Position numbers and translations under genes: made by a program. The notes beneath the pieces are model-generated. The model ran no database searches. It saw nothing but the letters and a program-made list of their open reading frames with translations, and was not told the origin of the DNA. Below, in pieces: positions 49,867-60,246 of a stretch of DNA of 64,000 nt. Source of the stretch: an uncultured delta proteobacterium (GTDB taxonomy: Bacteria > Desulfobacterota > Syntrophia > Syntrophales > UBA5619); contig CAWFOM010000031.1 of assembly GCA_963817385.1 (NCBI GenBank), positions 136,452 through 200,451 on the forward strand, given 5' to 3'. How positions within the stretch are numbered: the first letter of the stretch is position 1; each line of letters opens with the position of its first letter.

Positions 49867-51140
49867 CCGTATTCCTGGGCACCTTTGTCGGACTGTTGTG
49901 CGTCGCCGTACCCATCACCGTGGCCCTGGGCGGCTGCTCTCTGGTCTATGCCCTCCTCAGCAGCAGTATGCCCGTCACTACGTTGATTCAAACCATCTTC
50001 GGCGGCTTAGCGACTTTTCCCCTGTTGGCCATTCCGCTCTTCATGCTGGCCGGAAATCTCATGAACGAGGGGGGGATTACGGAGGACATGGTACGCTTCG
50101 CCCGCTTGCTTCTGGGGCACATCCGCGGCGGTCTCGGGCATGCCACGATTCTTGCCTGTGCGATCTTCGCAGCGATCTCCGGGGCCGCGGTGGCCACCGC
50201 GGTGGCCATCGGCATGGTGATGATCCCGGCCATGAAGAAGGCCGGATATGAAGAGGACGTGGCCGCCGCGCTGACTTGCACGGCCGCCTGTATGGGCCCC
50301 ATCATCCCGCCCAGCATCCCGTTTATCATTTACGGCGTCACGGCCAATGTTTCGATCGGCGCGCTGTTTATTGGGGGCGTGTTTCCCGGCCTCCTGCTGG
50401 GCGCCGCCCTGATGGTATACATGTACTTCCTGGCCATCAGGCGCAACTACCCCTTGGACGCGAAAGCCCCCGCGAAGGATGTCGTCATCGCCGCCGGGAA
50501 AGCGGTTCCCGCCCTGTTCATGCCGGTCTTGATCCTGGGCGGCATCCTGAGCGGCATGTTCACGCCCACCGAGGCGGCAGGTGTCGCCTGTGTCTATTCG
50601 GCCTTCGTGGGCGTTGTTATCTACCGGAGATTGAATTTCAAAAACCTTCCCGACGTCCTCCTGAAAGCCGGGCTGGAATCGGGCATGGTGATGCTGCTTA
50701 TTGCGATGTCGGAACCCTTTGCCTGGATAGTCGCGGTAGATCAGATACCCCAGCTCTTGATCGAGTGGATTTCCGCCCTGACCACCTCGCCCTGGATGAT
50801 CCTGCTTTTCGTCAACATCTTTTTGCTCCTCCTCGGTATCCCCATGGAGACCGCCCCCGCCCTGGTGATCGTGACCCCCGTCTTGGCACCCATTGCCGCC
50901 CACCTGGGGATCGATCCGGTGCACATGGGGGTCGTCATCTGCCTGAACCTAGTCCTAGGGCTGATCACGCCGCCGGTGGGCGCGGTGCTCTTCTCGGTTT
51001 GCGGCATTACGGGGATATCTCTCGACCGTTTGAGCAAGGCCATCTGGCCGCCGTTTCTCGTCTCCCTGGTGGTCCTGGTGATCGTGACCTACGTGCCCTG
51101 GCTGAGCACGTTTTTGCCCCGGATGTTCATGGGCCCCTGA
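49863..51140 (+). CDS. dctM: TRAP large permease DctM
   Basis: LLAIPLFMLAG, IIPPSIP, FTPTEA, GLITPPVG. Confidence 0.93.
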   Translation: MTVFLGTFVGLLCVAVPITVALGGCSLVYALLSSSMPVTTLIQTIFGGLATFPLLAIPLFMLAGNLMNEGGITEDMVRFARLLLGHIRGGLGHATILACAIFAAISGAAVATAVAIGMVMIPAMKKAGYEEDVAAALTCTAACMGPIIPPSIPFIIYGVTANVSIGALFIGGVFPGLLLGAALMVYMYFLAIRRNYPLDAKAPAKDVVIAAGKAVPALFMPVLILGGILSGMFTPTEAAGVACVYSAFVGVVIYRRLNFKNLPDVLLKAGLESGMVMLLIAMSEPFAWIVAVDQIPQLLIEWISALTTSPWMILLFVNIFLLLLGIPMETAPALVIVTPVLAPIAAHLGIDPVHMGVVICLNLVLGLITPPVGAVLFSVCGITGISLDRLSKAIWPPFLVSLVVLVIVTYVPWLSTFLPRMFMGP

Positions 51141-51317
51141 GGTGATCACGGTGACGGCGGCAGATATGCCAAAGTAATCGTTGCTGCGAAAGCCGACCTC
51201 CGGCATCGATCCGATACCCGCTTGGATCCGGCGTGACATTTTTCCGTTTCGCGCATTCCGGATGAGGCAAGGGTCTCTTCCTGTCATCCACAAAGCGTCA
51301 CTCTTTACGCAATTTCT

Positions 51318-51962
51318 TTACGCTTTCCCCCTGCGGGCGACAAAGAAAACAGCCACGCTGATGAACAATATGGCGGCCGCAATATTAACGGGGGTCAGAA
51401 GCGTTCCCGGTAAATACTGATAGAGGCCTATCAGGCCGAAAAATATAAATATAATGGCGGCGAACCATTTCACCACCCGCTCGGGAATCTTTTTCCCGAT
51501 GATGATTCCGATGACAATGCCGATTGCGTCGGCAATGACCATACCCGTTGTCGTTCCCAGCCAGACAGGAATGACGGACTGGTATTTGGCGGCAAGGGCG
51601 ACCGTTGCCAACTGGGTTTTATCGCCCATCTCGGCGATGAAAAAAGCGATCGCCACAGTCCAGAAAGGGCTGAAGGAAAACCGTTTGTCTTCATTATTCA
51701 GTTCATCGCCCCGAATCGTCCAGAGCCCGAAGAGGATAAAAGAGACGGCGGCGGCAATCTGGATGTATTGAATGGGAACGAAATGGGTGAGATAATTCCC
51801 GACGACCACGGCAAGCAGGTGATTAAAGAGGGTGGCCCAGAAGACCGCCCATAAAACGATGGTTGCCTTGTACCGCGTCGCAAAAGCCATGGCCAAAAGC
51901 TGGGTCTTGTCCCCCATCTCCGCGAGGACGACAAAGGACATAGACAGTAAATAAGCCGTCAT
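51318..51962 (-). CDS. TMEM165/GDT1 (UPF0016) family Mn2+ exporter
   Basis: Two EMGDKTQ motifs; start 51962 behind AAGGAG. Confidence 0.92.
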   Translation of the reverse strand: MTAYLLSMSFVVLAEMGDKTQLLAMAFATRYKATIVLWAVFWATLFNHLLAVVVGNYLTHFVPIQYIQIAAAVSFILFGLWTIRGDELNNEDKRFSFSPFWTVAIAFFIAEMGDKTQLATVALAAKYQSVIPVWLGTTTGMVIADAIGIVIGIIIGKKIPERVVKWFAAIIFIFFGLIGLYQYLPGTLLTPVNIAAAILFISVAVFFVARRGKA

Positions 51963-51980
51963 GGATGACTCCTTGCACAC

Positions 51981-52030
51981 AAAAAAAAGCGAGATCTTGA
52001 GTATGAACGGCATCATACTAAAGCTCTCGC
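51981..52030 (-). terminator. riboswitch-controlled attenuator
   Basis: Minus strand GCGAGA...AGTATGA-loop-TCATACT...TCTCGC-TTTTTTTT; overlaps the 3' strand of the aptamer P1. Confidence 0.8.
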
Positions 52031-52111
52031 TAATTGGTATTTATCCAACGGCAAGGCCAGGCGCCGGGCGCCAGCATGTTGACCCTGCCCGAACAGCTAC
52101 TCCCCTTTAGT
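52017..52111 (-). ncRNA. yybP-ykoY manganese riboswitch
   Basis: Minus strand ACTAAAGGGGAGTAGC...GTCAACATGCTGG...CCTGGCCTTGCC...AGCGAGAGCTTTAGT upstream of a UPF0016 gene. Confidence 0.88.
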
Positions 52112-52359
52112 GGGTGGACCTGTAGAATACATTCTGCAGAAAGTCAACGAATTTTCTCATTCATGAATTTTCTCGCTCATAAGGCAGGATATTCCCTTTT
52201 TGGTCTCTCTTTCGTCCGTCTATAGGAACCGCCCGAACCGGATCATCTTCCATTCGCACCATCCTCGTGGTCATTATTTCGTTGACTCACAAGCCGCCAT
52301 AGAATATCAATATCTTGCAGAAGCACGCTCTCATCAAAAAATAATGGAGAAACAAAATA

Positions 52360-53301
52360 ATGCATCACCAACACATTACATCGTGGCAACATCAACACAC
52401 ATTCAACGTCGAGAAGAAGGCGATAGAAAAAAGGACCCTCATAGTTGTTATCATTACATTTGTGATGATGATTGCCGAGATTCTTGTCGGCTGGGTATCA
52501 AATTCAATGGCATTACTCGCTGATGGATGGCACATGGGCACCCATGCCTTTGCGTTGGGAATCTCTCTGCTGGCATATGTCTTAGCCAGAAAGTATTCAA
52601 CCGATCAGAGTTTTACGTTCGGGACATGGAAAATTGAAATACTTGGAGCATACACCAGTGCGATTGTACTGGGAATGGTTGGAGTCATTATGATTTTTTC
52701 TTCCTTGGAAAGACTCCTCAAGCCGCTTGATATCCACTATAATCAAGCCTTATTGGTTGCGATCATCGGCTTGATCATCAATCTGTCATGCGCCTTCATC
52801 CTCAACATTAAAGACCATGCTCATGAACCTCACCAGCATCATCATGAACACGACCACTCACATCCCCATACTACACATGATGATTTAAATTTAAAATCTG
52901 CATATTTACATGTCGTGGCAGACGCATTAACGTCCGTCTTGGCAATCGTGGCACTCCTTGGTGCAAAATATTTTAACTATAACTGGTTAGACCCATTTAT
53001 GGGAATGGTCGGTGCAATCTTAATTCTCAGTTGGGCGACCTCTTTAATCCGGAGCACTTCCGGCATTCTTCTTGAACGTGAAATGGATTACCTTCTTGTC
53101 AATGCGATTACAGAAAAGATCGAATCTGATAGTGATACAAAAATCAGCGATTTACATCTGTGGAAAGTGGCGCAAAATCAATATGCCTGCATCGTTTCAT
53201 TAGTCACGGGAAGACAATATACCATTGAAGAGTATAAGAAAAGATTGAATGTATTTCCTGAGTTAGTCCATGTGACCGTTGAAAGGAATGTATGCAAGTA
53301 A
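52360..53301 (+). CDS. dmeF: CDF family Co/Ni efflux transporter, DmeF-like
   Basis: SMALLADGWHMGTH, His-rich loop, NLKSAYLHVVADALTS, DLHLW; AT-rich. Confidence 0.88.
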   Translation: MHHQHITSWQHQHTFNVEKKAIEKRTLIVVIITFVMMIAEILVGWVSNSMALLADGWHMGTHAFALGISLLAYVLARKYSTDQSFTFGTWKIEILGAYTSAIVLGMVGVIMIFSSLERLLKPLDIHYNQALLVAIIGLIINLSCAFILNIKDHAHEPHQHHHEHDHSHPHTTHDDLNLKSAYLHVVADALTSVLAIVALLGAKYFNYNWLDPFMGMVGAILILSWATSLIRSTSGILLEREMDYLLVNAITEKIESDSDTKISDLHLWKVAQNQYACIVSLVTGRQYTIEEYKKRLNVFPELVHVTVERNVCK

Positions 53302-53315
53302 GATAAGGAGCCCGC

Positions 53316-53429
53316 TACGCCCTCTACGAGCAGGGACGGACGGTCCCGACCATTAAAAAGCTCAGCCGGCTTCTTGCGGCTGTCTCCGGCATGGGGGATT
53401 TCGTCCTGAGCGACAGCCGAAGCCGTTAA
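53316..53429 (+). pseudogene. C-terminal remnant of an XRE-type HTH protein (HicB-HTH antitoxin-like)
   Basis: YALYEQGRTVPTIKKLSRLLAAVSGMGDFVLSDSRSR*; no start codon, in-frame TAA at 53304. Confidence 0.5.
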
Positions 53430-53450
53430 GATGACACGGATGATTCCCTT

Positions 53451-54764
53451 TCAGGGGAACTGCGATACGCAACGCCCTGCCGCCGGAGAGGATCCGGTGA
53501 TTCTCGGCAGCATGTCCGGCGCATGGGTGAGGACCGTCACCCGGGCGGCGGGTCCTTTTTTGGCGAGGGCCGCATCCAGGGCCTCCTGTACTGCGGTAAA
53601 ATGGCGGAATCCCAGTTTGGCCGCCTCCTCGGGACAGATGCCGCCCGACACGATCCAGACCTCTTCCCGCTCTCGTACCTGCGCCCAGGCGATCGCCAGG
53701 GCGGCGCCCACCTCGTCGTCGAGCTGCCCCGTCGAAACCATCTCCCGAAGCCGCCGGGAGCCGTACGGGGTCATCTCCAGCATGTTGCAGTGTGTCCGGG
53801 CGACCCCCTCATAACAGGGGGTGACCACGATTACGATTCCCCCCGCCTTCACCGCCAGGTCTGACGGATAAAGCGTTTTATGGGCCTGCCAGAACTCCAG
53901 ATCGCAGGGATGGGAGCTGGAAAGGACAATGTCAGCCTCCTCCGGGATCGGACAATCGTAGACTTCCCGGGACTTGGCGACCCCGGCCTGGAAGGCCTCC
54001 ACGATGTCGCCGAAGAAGGCCTGGACGACCTGGCCGTGCCGGTTGAGGACGGTGTTGAGGATCGTGTTCATCCCGACCTTGCGGGCCATCGCGTCGAGTT
54101 CCTCGCGGACGGGGTTCTCCAGGACGCCCAGGTAGGAACGGGGCGCCCGCACCGACAGCAAGTGGGTGTAGGCCGTGGTCTCCTCGCCGGATACGCCCGG
54201 CTGGATGATCTTCGCCCCGCCGGCATAACCGGGGATGTGGTGGGGGACGATGCTGCCGATCCCCATCTTGAAATCAGCCTCGATGACCGCGCGATTGATC
54301 AGGATGCGCCCCCCGTTTTTCGTCGTTCCCAGATCGACGAGGGCGGCTTTATCCTTGTAGGGGTGATTCGTGACCGCCACCCGGCGGAGTGTCTCGGCGC
54401 CGAACTTGATCCGGATCTCTTCTTCCGTCATGACGCGGTGGGTTCCGAGCGCGATGATCACGCTGATCGCTGCATCGGGTACCCCGGCCGCATTGCACTC
54501 GCCAAGGAGAATCGGAAGGAGGATATCCGTCGGCGTGAGTCGAGTGTTGTCATCCGCGACGAAGACCACGTTTTTCTTCCCCCGGACCTGTTCCCTTAGT
54601 GGGAGGGCTCCGATGGGCGCGGCCAATGCACGCCGGACCTCCGTCCGGACGTCGCTTACCGGGGTCGCGTCACAGGGTGAGTAGACCCCCACGAGATTGG
54701 CCTCGGGGACGCGGAACGCGACGCTTGTCTGGCCGTAAGGCAGCTGTACGGAGCGAACACTCAT
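53451..54764 (-). CDS. LarA family nickel-pincer (NPN) 2-hydroxyacid racemase/epimerase
   Basis: DNTR, ALGTHR, HHIPGYAGGAK, QAHK; start ATG 54764. Confidence 0.9.
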   Translation of the reverse strand: MSVRSVQLPYGQTSVAFRVPEANLVGVYSPCDATPVSDVRTEVRRALAAPIGALPLREQVRGKKNVVFVADDNTRLTPTDILLPILLGECNAAGVPDAAISVIIALGTHRVMTEEEIRIKFGAETLRRVAVTNHPYKDKAALVDLGTTKNGGRILINRAVIEADFKMGIGSIVPHHIPGYAGGAKIIQPGVSGEETTAYTHLLSVRAPRSYLGVLENPVREELDAMARKVGMNTILNTVLNRHGQVVQAFFGDIVEAFQAGVAKSREVYDCPIPEEADIVLSSSHPCDLEFWQAHKTLYPSDLAVKAGGIVIVVTPCYEGVARTHCNMLEMTPYGSRRLREMVSTGQLDDEVGAALAIAWAQVREREEVWIVSGGICPEEAAKLGFRHFTAVQEALDAALAKKGPAARVTVLTHAPDMLPRITGSSPAAGRCVSQFP

Positions 54765-54809
54765 GATTATTACTCCGGCAACAAAATATATCAAAGTCCC
54801 CATTCCGGC

Positions 54810-54930
54810 GTCACCCCGGTGAAAACCGTGGCGGAATCCAGACGTCGTCCCGGCGAAAGCCGGGAACCAGTGATAGACTGGATACCGGATCAGAGCCTGC
54901 CCCGGACTCGATCCGGGGGGCGGGCATGAC
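54810..54930. repeat. REP-like palindromic element
   Basis: GTCACCCCGGTGAAAACCG, GTCGTCCCGGCGAAAGCCGGGAACCAG...CTGGATACCGG...CCCCGGACTCGATCCGGGG...GGCATGAC. Confidence 0.65.
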
Positions 54931-55004
54931 ACTTTTTGTTTGGTCGCTGGAGTAATACCAACCTCCAGGTCACCCCCGCACAGAGAGGGGGCCGACTGTC
55001 ACCG

Positions 55005-56700
55005 CTACTCCAGGATGGAGCCTTTCATCGCCGATCCCACCGTCCGCCGGTACCGTTCCAGGAGCGAGCCCTTTTCCAGTTGAGTGCTTTCGGGAAGGCG
55101 CCACGCCTTTTTCCGCTTTTCCAGGGCCTTGGAATCGACTTCCAGTTCCAGTTTCCGCGCCGGGATATCGATCCGGATCGTGTCCCCCTCCTCAATGAGG
55201 GCAATGGGGCCGCCCAGGTAGGCCTCCGGGGAGACGTGGCCGATGCAGGCCCCCTGCGTCGCCCCGGAGAACCGCCCGTCGGTGACCAGGGCAACGGATT
55301 TGCCCAGACCCATGCCGATGATGGCCGAGGTGGGCAGGAGCTGCTCGCGCATCCCGGGCCCTCCCTTGGGCCCTTCATAGCGGATGACAACCACGTCCCC
55401 GGGCCTGATACGGCCGCCGAAGATAGCCTCCAGGGCATCCTCCTCCTTCTCAAAGACGCGGGCCGGCCCGGAGTGGACGAGCATCTCCGGCGCGACGGCG
55501 GCGCTCTTGACGACGGCGCCTTCGGGGGCGAGGTTTCCCTTGAGGATGGCGAGCCCACCCCGGGGGGAGATCGGGTTTTCGACCGGATGGATCACCTCGG
55601 GGTTCAGGATCTTCCGGCCGGCGATGTTTTCGGCGATGGTTTTTCCGGTCGCCGTCAGGCAGTCGGGATGGATCAGCCCGTGGCTGTTCATCTCGTTCAT
55701 CACGGCCGGGATCCCGCCGGCTTCGTACAGGTCATCGGCGAAGAACTTCCCCGCAGGCTTGAGGAGAGTCAGGTGCGGGGTCCGCTCGGCGATCTGCGAG
55801 AATTTATCCATCTCAAGCGCGATGCCGACCTCCCGGGCGATCGCCGGCAGATGGAGGCAGGTGTTGGTGGACCCCCCGATCGCCATGTCGACGGCGATGG
55901 CGTTCTCGAAGGCCTCGGGCGTCATGATCGCGCGCGGCAGGATGTTCCGGTTGTGGAGTTCCATGATCGCCTGCCCCGCACGCCTGGCCAGGGCGACGCG
56001 GGCCCCGTAGGTTGCCGGGATAAGGGCCCCGTCGGTCAGCGTCATACCGATGGCCTCGGTCAGCATGTTCATGGTGTTGGCCGTCCCCATCATGGCGCAG
56101 GAGCCGGACCCGGGGCAGGCCGCGTGCTCGAAGGCGGCCAGCTCCGCCTCGCTCATCTCGCCCCGGATCACCCTCCCTTCCGCCTCGATCAGGTCGGTGT
56201 AGCAGATCCTCTTCCCCCTGGAAGGAACTGCTCTCCATGGGGCCGCCGCTCACAACGATGGCGGGGATATTGAGCCTGCCGGCGGCCATCAGCATCCCCG
56301 GCGTCACCTTGTCGCAGTTGGTCAAAAGCACCATGGCGTCGAAACCGTGTGCCGTGACCATCAGCTCGATCAGATCGGCGATCATCTCGCGGCTGAGCAT
56401 GGGCATCTTCATCCCTTTGTGGCCCGTGGCGATCCCGTCGCAGACGGCGATGCAGGGGAACTCCAGCGGCGTCCCCCCCGCCTCGGCCACCCCCAGCTTG
56501 ATCGCCTGGCAGAGCGGCTGCAGGTGGACATGGCCGGGCATCAGCTCGTTGAAGGAGTTGACGACTGCCACCAGGGGTTTGTCCAGGTCCTCCCGGCAGA
56601 GGCCCATGGAATAGAAGAGGGAGCGGTGGGTGGCGCGGTCGATTCCCTGGGTGACGAGAGAACTCCGCAGGGGACCCCGGGATTTGTTGCGGTCGATCAT
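55005..56700 (-). CDS. ilvD: dihydroxy-acid dehydratase, frameshifted at G-run near 56216
   Basis: [63 protein letters not shown]. Confidence 0.9.
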
Positions 56701-56714
56701 GTGCCTGGCCCCGG

Positions 56715-58112
56715 TTACAGCAGACCGGCCGGAGGCTTCAGCGGGACATCCACGGGCGGCACGAAACGGTTCACCGTCGCGAGCGTTCCTCCCACATTGA
56801 GCTTCCGGAAGAGGAGGGCGAACTGCGCCTCCAGCTCCCCGCCGAGGGCGGTCCGCACCTTCTTCGGAAGCTCCCACAGCTCCTTCTTGAAGGCGCCGGT
56901 TCCCTTCTTCCGGGTCTTGTAGAAGAACTGCTCCTCCGTATCTCCTTCCTTCCGCTCGGAGGCCGCTTCCCGCTTCAGGTAGTCGTAGATCCGTGCCCGG
57001 AGGTCATCCGGAAAGTTCTTGCTGTCGTAGACGATGTTCTGGAAGCCCGTGGCGAGGTGGACCTCCGCCGTGCCGGCCGCGGGGAACCGGTCGAAGGCCT
57101 CGTCGGGCAAGGTCGAGGCGCCGTGCTGAACCGCGCCGGCCAATCCATATTCAGCCTTTGCCGCCCGGGAGAGTTCCTCGAGCACCGCAAAATCGAGTTT
57201 GACGCGGGCGACGCTCCCGTCGGCCAGTGGAATCCCGCCGTGGGTCGTCCCCGTCTGGACGCTGATCTTGCTGATCCCCTTCAATCCACCGCCGCTCTTC
57301 TCGAGGGTTTCACGGTAGCCGTCCATGTAGGCGCGCAGCTCTTCCACGGTGCTGTTCTTTCCGCCGACCTCGCCGATCTCCCCGCCAACGGAAATCGTGA
57401 CCCCTGCAGGCTCCAGATCCCGAATCATTGTCGTGAGCTCGGCTGCCAGAGTGTAATTGAGCCGCTGCTGCTTAGCCACCGTCGGCTCGGCAAGGTCGAC
57501 GAGGGTTGAGGTATCGATGTCGATGTTGTAGAATCCCGCGTCGATCGCCTCCCAGATCAGGTCCTTGACGGCCCGAACCTCCCCCTCCGGGTCCTTTGCA
57601 TACTTCTTCGCTCCCACCTGGAAGTGGTCGCCCTGCAGGAAAAGCGGTCCCCGGTAGCCGGTCTTGATAGCCGCCGCGGCCACCGCGCAGGTGTACTCCT
57701 CCGGCCGCTGGCGTGTGTAATCGATCTCCGAACGGGCGATCTCGAAGATCACCGCTCCGACATCGGCTGCCAGCGCCGCCCGGAAGACCGCCTGGGCCGT
57801 GTCGTAGGTGAGCGCGCGGATGTTGATCGCCGGCACGGTGAACCCGGAAACCTCCCCCCGACCCATCGCCTCGTAAAGCCCCTGGATCGATCCCACGGAG
57901 ATGCCCGTCGCCGCCGCGGTCCGCCGGATCACCCAGCGGGCGGCGGCCCGTGTCGCTTCGTCGGGGGAGAAGACCGCCGTCAGGACGAGATTGTCGACGA
58001 GCGAATCGCGGAGCCGTTTTTCATCCAGGATCCTGATCTCCCGCTCTCCGGCCGACAGGATACCTTCCAGGGCCTTTTTCAGCATGTCCGTAGTTTCGCA
58101 GATCATTGGCAT
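56715..58112 (-). CDS. class II fructose-bisphosphate aldolase (long form)
   Basis: VPAINIR, QGDHFQ, IDTS, GEIGEVGG, GTTHGG, QHGASTL; coupled to fbp. Confidence 0.85.
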   Translation of the reverse strand: MPMICETTDMLKKALEGILSAGEREIRILDEKRLRDSLVDNLVLTAVFSPDEATRAAARWVIRRTAAATGISVGSIQGLYEAMGRGEVSGFTVPAINIRALTYDTAQAVFRAALAADVGAVIFEIARSEIDYTRQRPEEYTCAVAAAAIKTGYRGPLFLQGDHFQVGAKKYAKDPEGEVRAVKDLIWEAIDAGFYNIDIDTSTLVDLAEPTVAKQQRLNYTLAAELTTMIRDLEPAGVTISVGGEIGEVGGKNSTVEELRAYMDGYRETLEKSGGGLKGISKISVQTGTTHGGIPLADGSVARVKLDFAVLEELSRAAKAEYGLAGAVQHGASTLPDEAFDRFPAAGTAEVHLATGFQNIVYDSKNFPDDLRARIYDYLKREAASERKEGDTEEQFFYKTRKKGTGAFKKELWELPKKVRTALGGELEAQFALLFRKLNVGGTLATVNRFVPPVDVPLKPPAGLL

Positions 58113-59107
58113 TACCTCCCTGATGCGGATGGGCGCCCGGTCGCGCCGGCTCCCTTCGCCGTTGATGGATTTTGGGACAGGAATTCCATGGCCGTCTCCA
58201 CCTCAAAGCGGCTTCCGATATAGATCGGGCTGCGCTGTTCCAGGTCCTCGACCCGGAGCGAGAGGATCTCGTCCACCCCGTCCGTGGCTATCCCTCCCGC
58301 CTGCTCGATGATGAAGGCCATCGGCTGCAGTTCGAACAGGAGCCGGAGCTTGCCCCGCGGACTCTTCTTCAGGGCGGGATAGGTGAAGATCCCGCCGCGT
58401 TTTATCAGAACCTGATTGATGTCCGGCACGAAACCGCCGCTGTAGCGCAGTTTGTAGCCCTGCGCTTCAAGATATTCCAGATACTTCAGATGTTGTTCGG
58501 TCCAGTCTTTCCGGAGACCGCCGGGGCTGTAGAGGGAACCGCGCTCCTCGAGCACGATGTGCTCCTGGGAGAGGACATACTCCCCCTCCCGGTTCAGGAC
58601 AAACTCGTGGGCCCCGTTCCCCGCGGAGTAGACCATCGTGATGAGCGGTCCGTAGGTGATGTAGAGGGCCGCCACCATCGAGTCCCTTCCCCGCGAGAAG
58701 ATCGACTCCTTGTGGATGCCGATGATGGTGCCGATGGAGAGGTTGGTGTCGACAAGGGAGGAGCCGTCCAGCGGGTCCGCGGTGACGTAGTATTTCTCGC
58801 GCCCTTTGCCGATCAGAACCACCGCGTCCTGCTCCTCCGAGGCGTACTCCCGGACAAAGCCGGAAAACTGGAGCTGATTTTTGAGGATCTCGTCGGCGCT
58901 CCGGTCGAGCGAGAGCTGTTCCTCCCCGTAGAGGTTCTTGAAACCGGCCAGCTTCCGATTCGATTCATGGATCTTGGCGGAGATGTACTTCCCCGTCACT
59001 CCTATCTGCCAGATGAGGCGGCGGAGATCCTCTTCCACGCCGTCCATCCACATCTGGCGCCGCAGATCGATGACAAACTTGGAGTAATCCGATATCCCGT
59101 CTCCCAT
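58112..59107 (-). CDS. fbp: class 1 fructose-1,6-bisphosphatase
   Basis: GEEQLSLD, SEE, DPLDGSS, RYSG, GKLRLLFE; start ATG 59107 behind AGGAGG. Confidence 0.93.
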   Translation of the reverse strand: MGDGISDYSKFVIDLRRQMWMDGVEEDLRRLIWQIGVTGKYISAKIHESNRKLAGFKNLYGEEQLSLDRSADEILKNQLQFSGFVREYASEEQDAVVLIGKGREKYYVTADPLDGSSLVDTNLSIGTIIGIHKESIFSRGRDSMVAALYITYGPLITMVYSAGNGAHEFVLNREGEYVLSQEHIVLEERGSLYSPGGLRKDWTEQHLKYLEYLEAQGYKLRYSGGFVPDINQVLIKRGGIFTYPALKKSPRGKLRLLFELQPMAFIIEQAGGIATDGVDEILSLRVEDLEQRSPIYIGSRFEVETAMEFLSQNPSTAKGAGATGRPSASGR

Positions 59108-59208
59108 CACTCGTATCCTCCTTGTTGGCGCTGTATATACATCTATATCTATGAAAATTTCGTCAAAAACACAAGCCCTTTTTAAAACAGGCCTTTTTAA
59201 AACGGTTG

Positions 59209-60096
59209 TCAAAAATTGATGTCCGTCCTCACCTGCTTCTCGCCGCTGGTGTAGTCATACCACCCCTTGCCGGTCTTGCGGCCGAGATCGCCCGAAGCGA
59301 CCAGTTTCTTCAAGAGAAGGGAAGGGCGCCACTTGGGATCCCTGAAGTTCTCCCAGAGGGTCTCCGCCACGGCGAGGCCGATTTCGAGGCCAACGAAATC
59401 CCCCAGTTCAAACGGCCCCATGGGATGGCCCAGCCCGAACTTCAGGGCCTTGTCGATGTCTTCGATACTGGCCACCCCTTCCGCAAGGCAGTTGTAGACC
59501 TCGTTGCGAAGCGCCGCGTTAACCCGGTTCACCAGGAACCCCGGTCCGTCCTTGACGAATACGCCGACCTTCCCGATCGCGTCGGTGAGCTCCTTGATGA
59601 CCCGGATCGTCTCCTCCGAGGTCTTGAGGCCCCGGATGATCTCCACAAGTTTCATGACCGGCACGGGGCTGAAGAAATGCATCCCCGCGAACCGGTCCGG
59701 CCGCTTGGTCGCCGTAGCCAATTCCGTAATGGGGATGGACGACGTGTTGCTGGCGAAGATAACCTTCGGGGGGCAGAGCTCCTCCAACTGCCGGAAAAGG
59801 TCCATCTTCGCCTGCTTGTTCTCGATGATGGCCTCGATGATCAGGTCGCACTCCTTTGCCGGGGCGATCTCCGTCGTCGGCCTGATTCTCCCGACAATCG
59901 CATCCTTGTCGGCCTCGGCCAGCTTCCCCTTGGCGACGCTGCCTGCCAGGTTCTTCTCGATGGCGCCCATCCCTTTGGCGACGAGCGCATCCGTGACGTC
60001 CCTGAGAACCACCTCGTATCCCGCCGCGGCCATCACCTGCGCAATCCCGGAGCCCATGAATCCGGCGCCGATCACCATGACCCTCGTAATTTCCAT
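59209..60096 (-). CDS. hbd: 3-hydroxyacyl(butyryl)-CoA dehydrogenase
   Basis: [50 protein letters not shown]. Confidence 0.93.
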   Translation of the reverse strand: MEITRVMVIGAGFMGSGIAQVMAAAGYEVVLRDVTDALVAKGMGAIEKNLAGSVAKGKLAEADKDAIVGRIRPTTEIAPAKECDLIIEAIIENKQAKMDLFRQLEELCPPKVIFASNTSSIPITELATATKRPDRFAGMHFFSPVPVMKLVEIIRGLKTSEETIRVIKELTDAIGKVGVFVKDGPGFLVNRVNAALRNEVYNCLAEGVASIEDIDKALKFGLGHPMGPFELGDFVGLEIGLAVAETLWENFRDPKWRPSLLLKKLVASGDLGRKTGKGWYDYTSGEKQVRTDINF

Positions 60097-60246
60097 GCCT
60101 CTGCCTCCTTTCAATGACCCGGTCGATAACTTCGTGCGTATCTGCCCGCGCCCTATCCTGTATCCTCACTCGTCCTCCCTCCCCATCGACAGCGGGTCGG
60201 GAAAGGCATTCGGGGAGGGGAGGATGAGGGGTGACAGTCCGCCGCT

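Noticed and set aside
60163..60231. C-rich/G-rich hairpins here and at ~62658-62708 as a repeat family
   Set aside because: Low-complexity imperfect stems; they cannot be distinguished from ordinary intergenic hairpins
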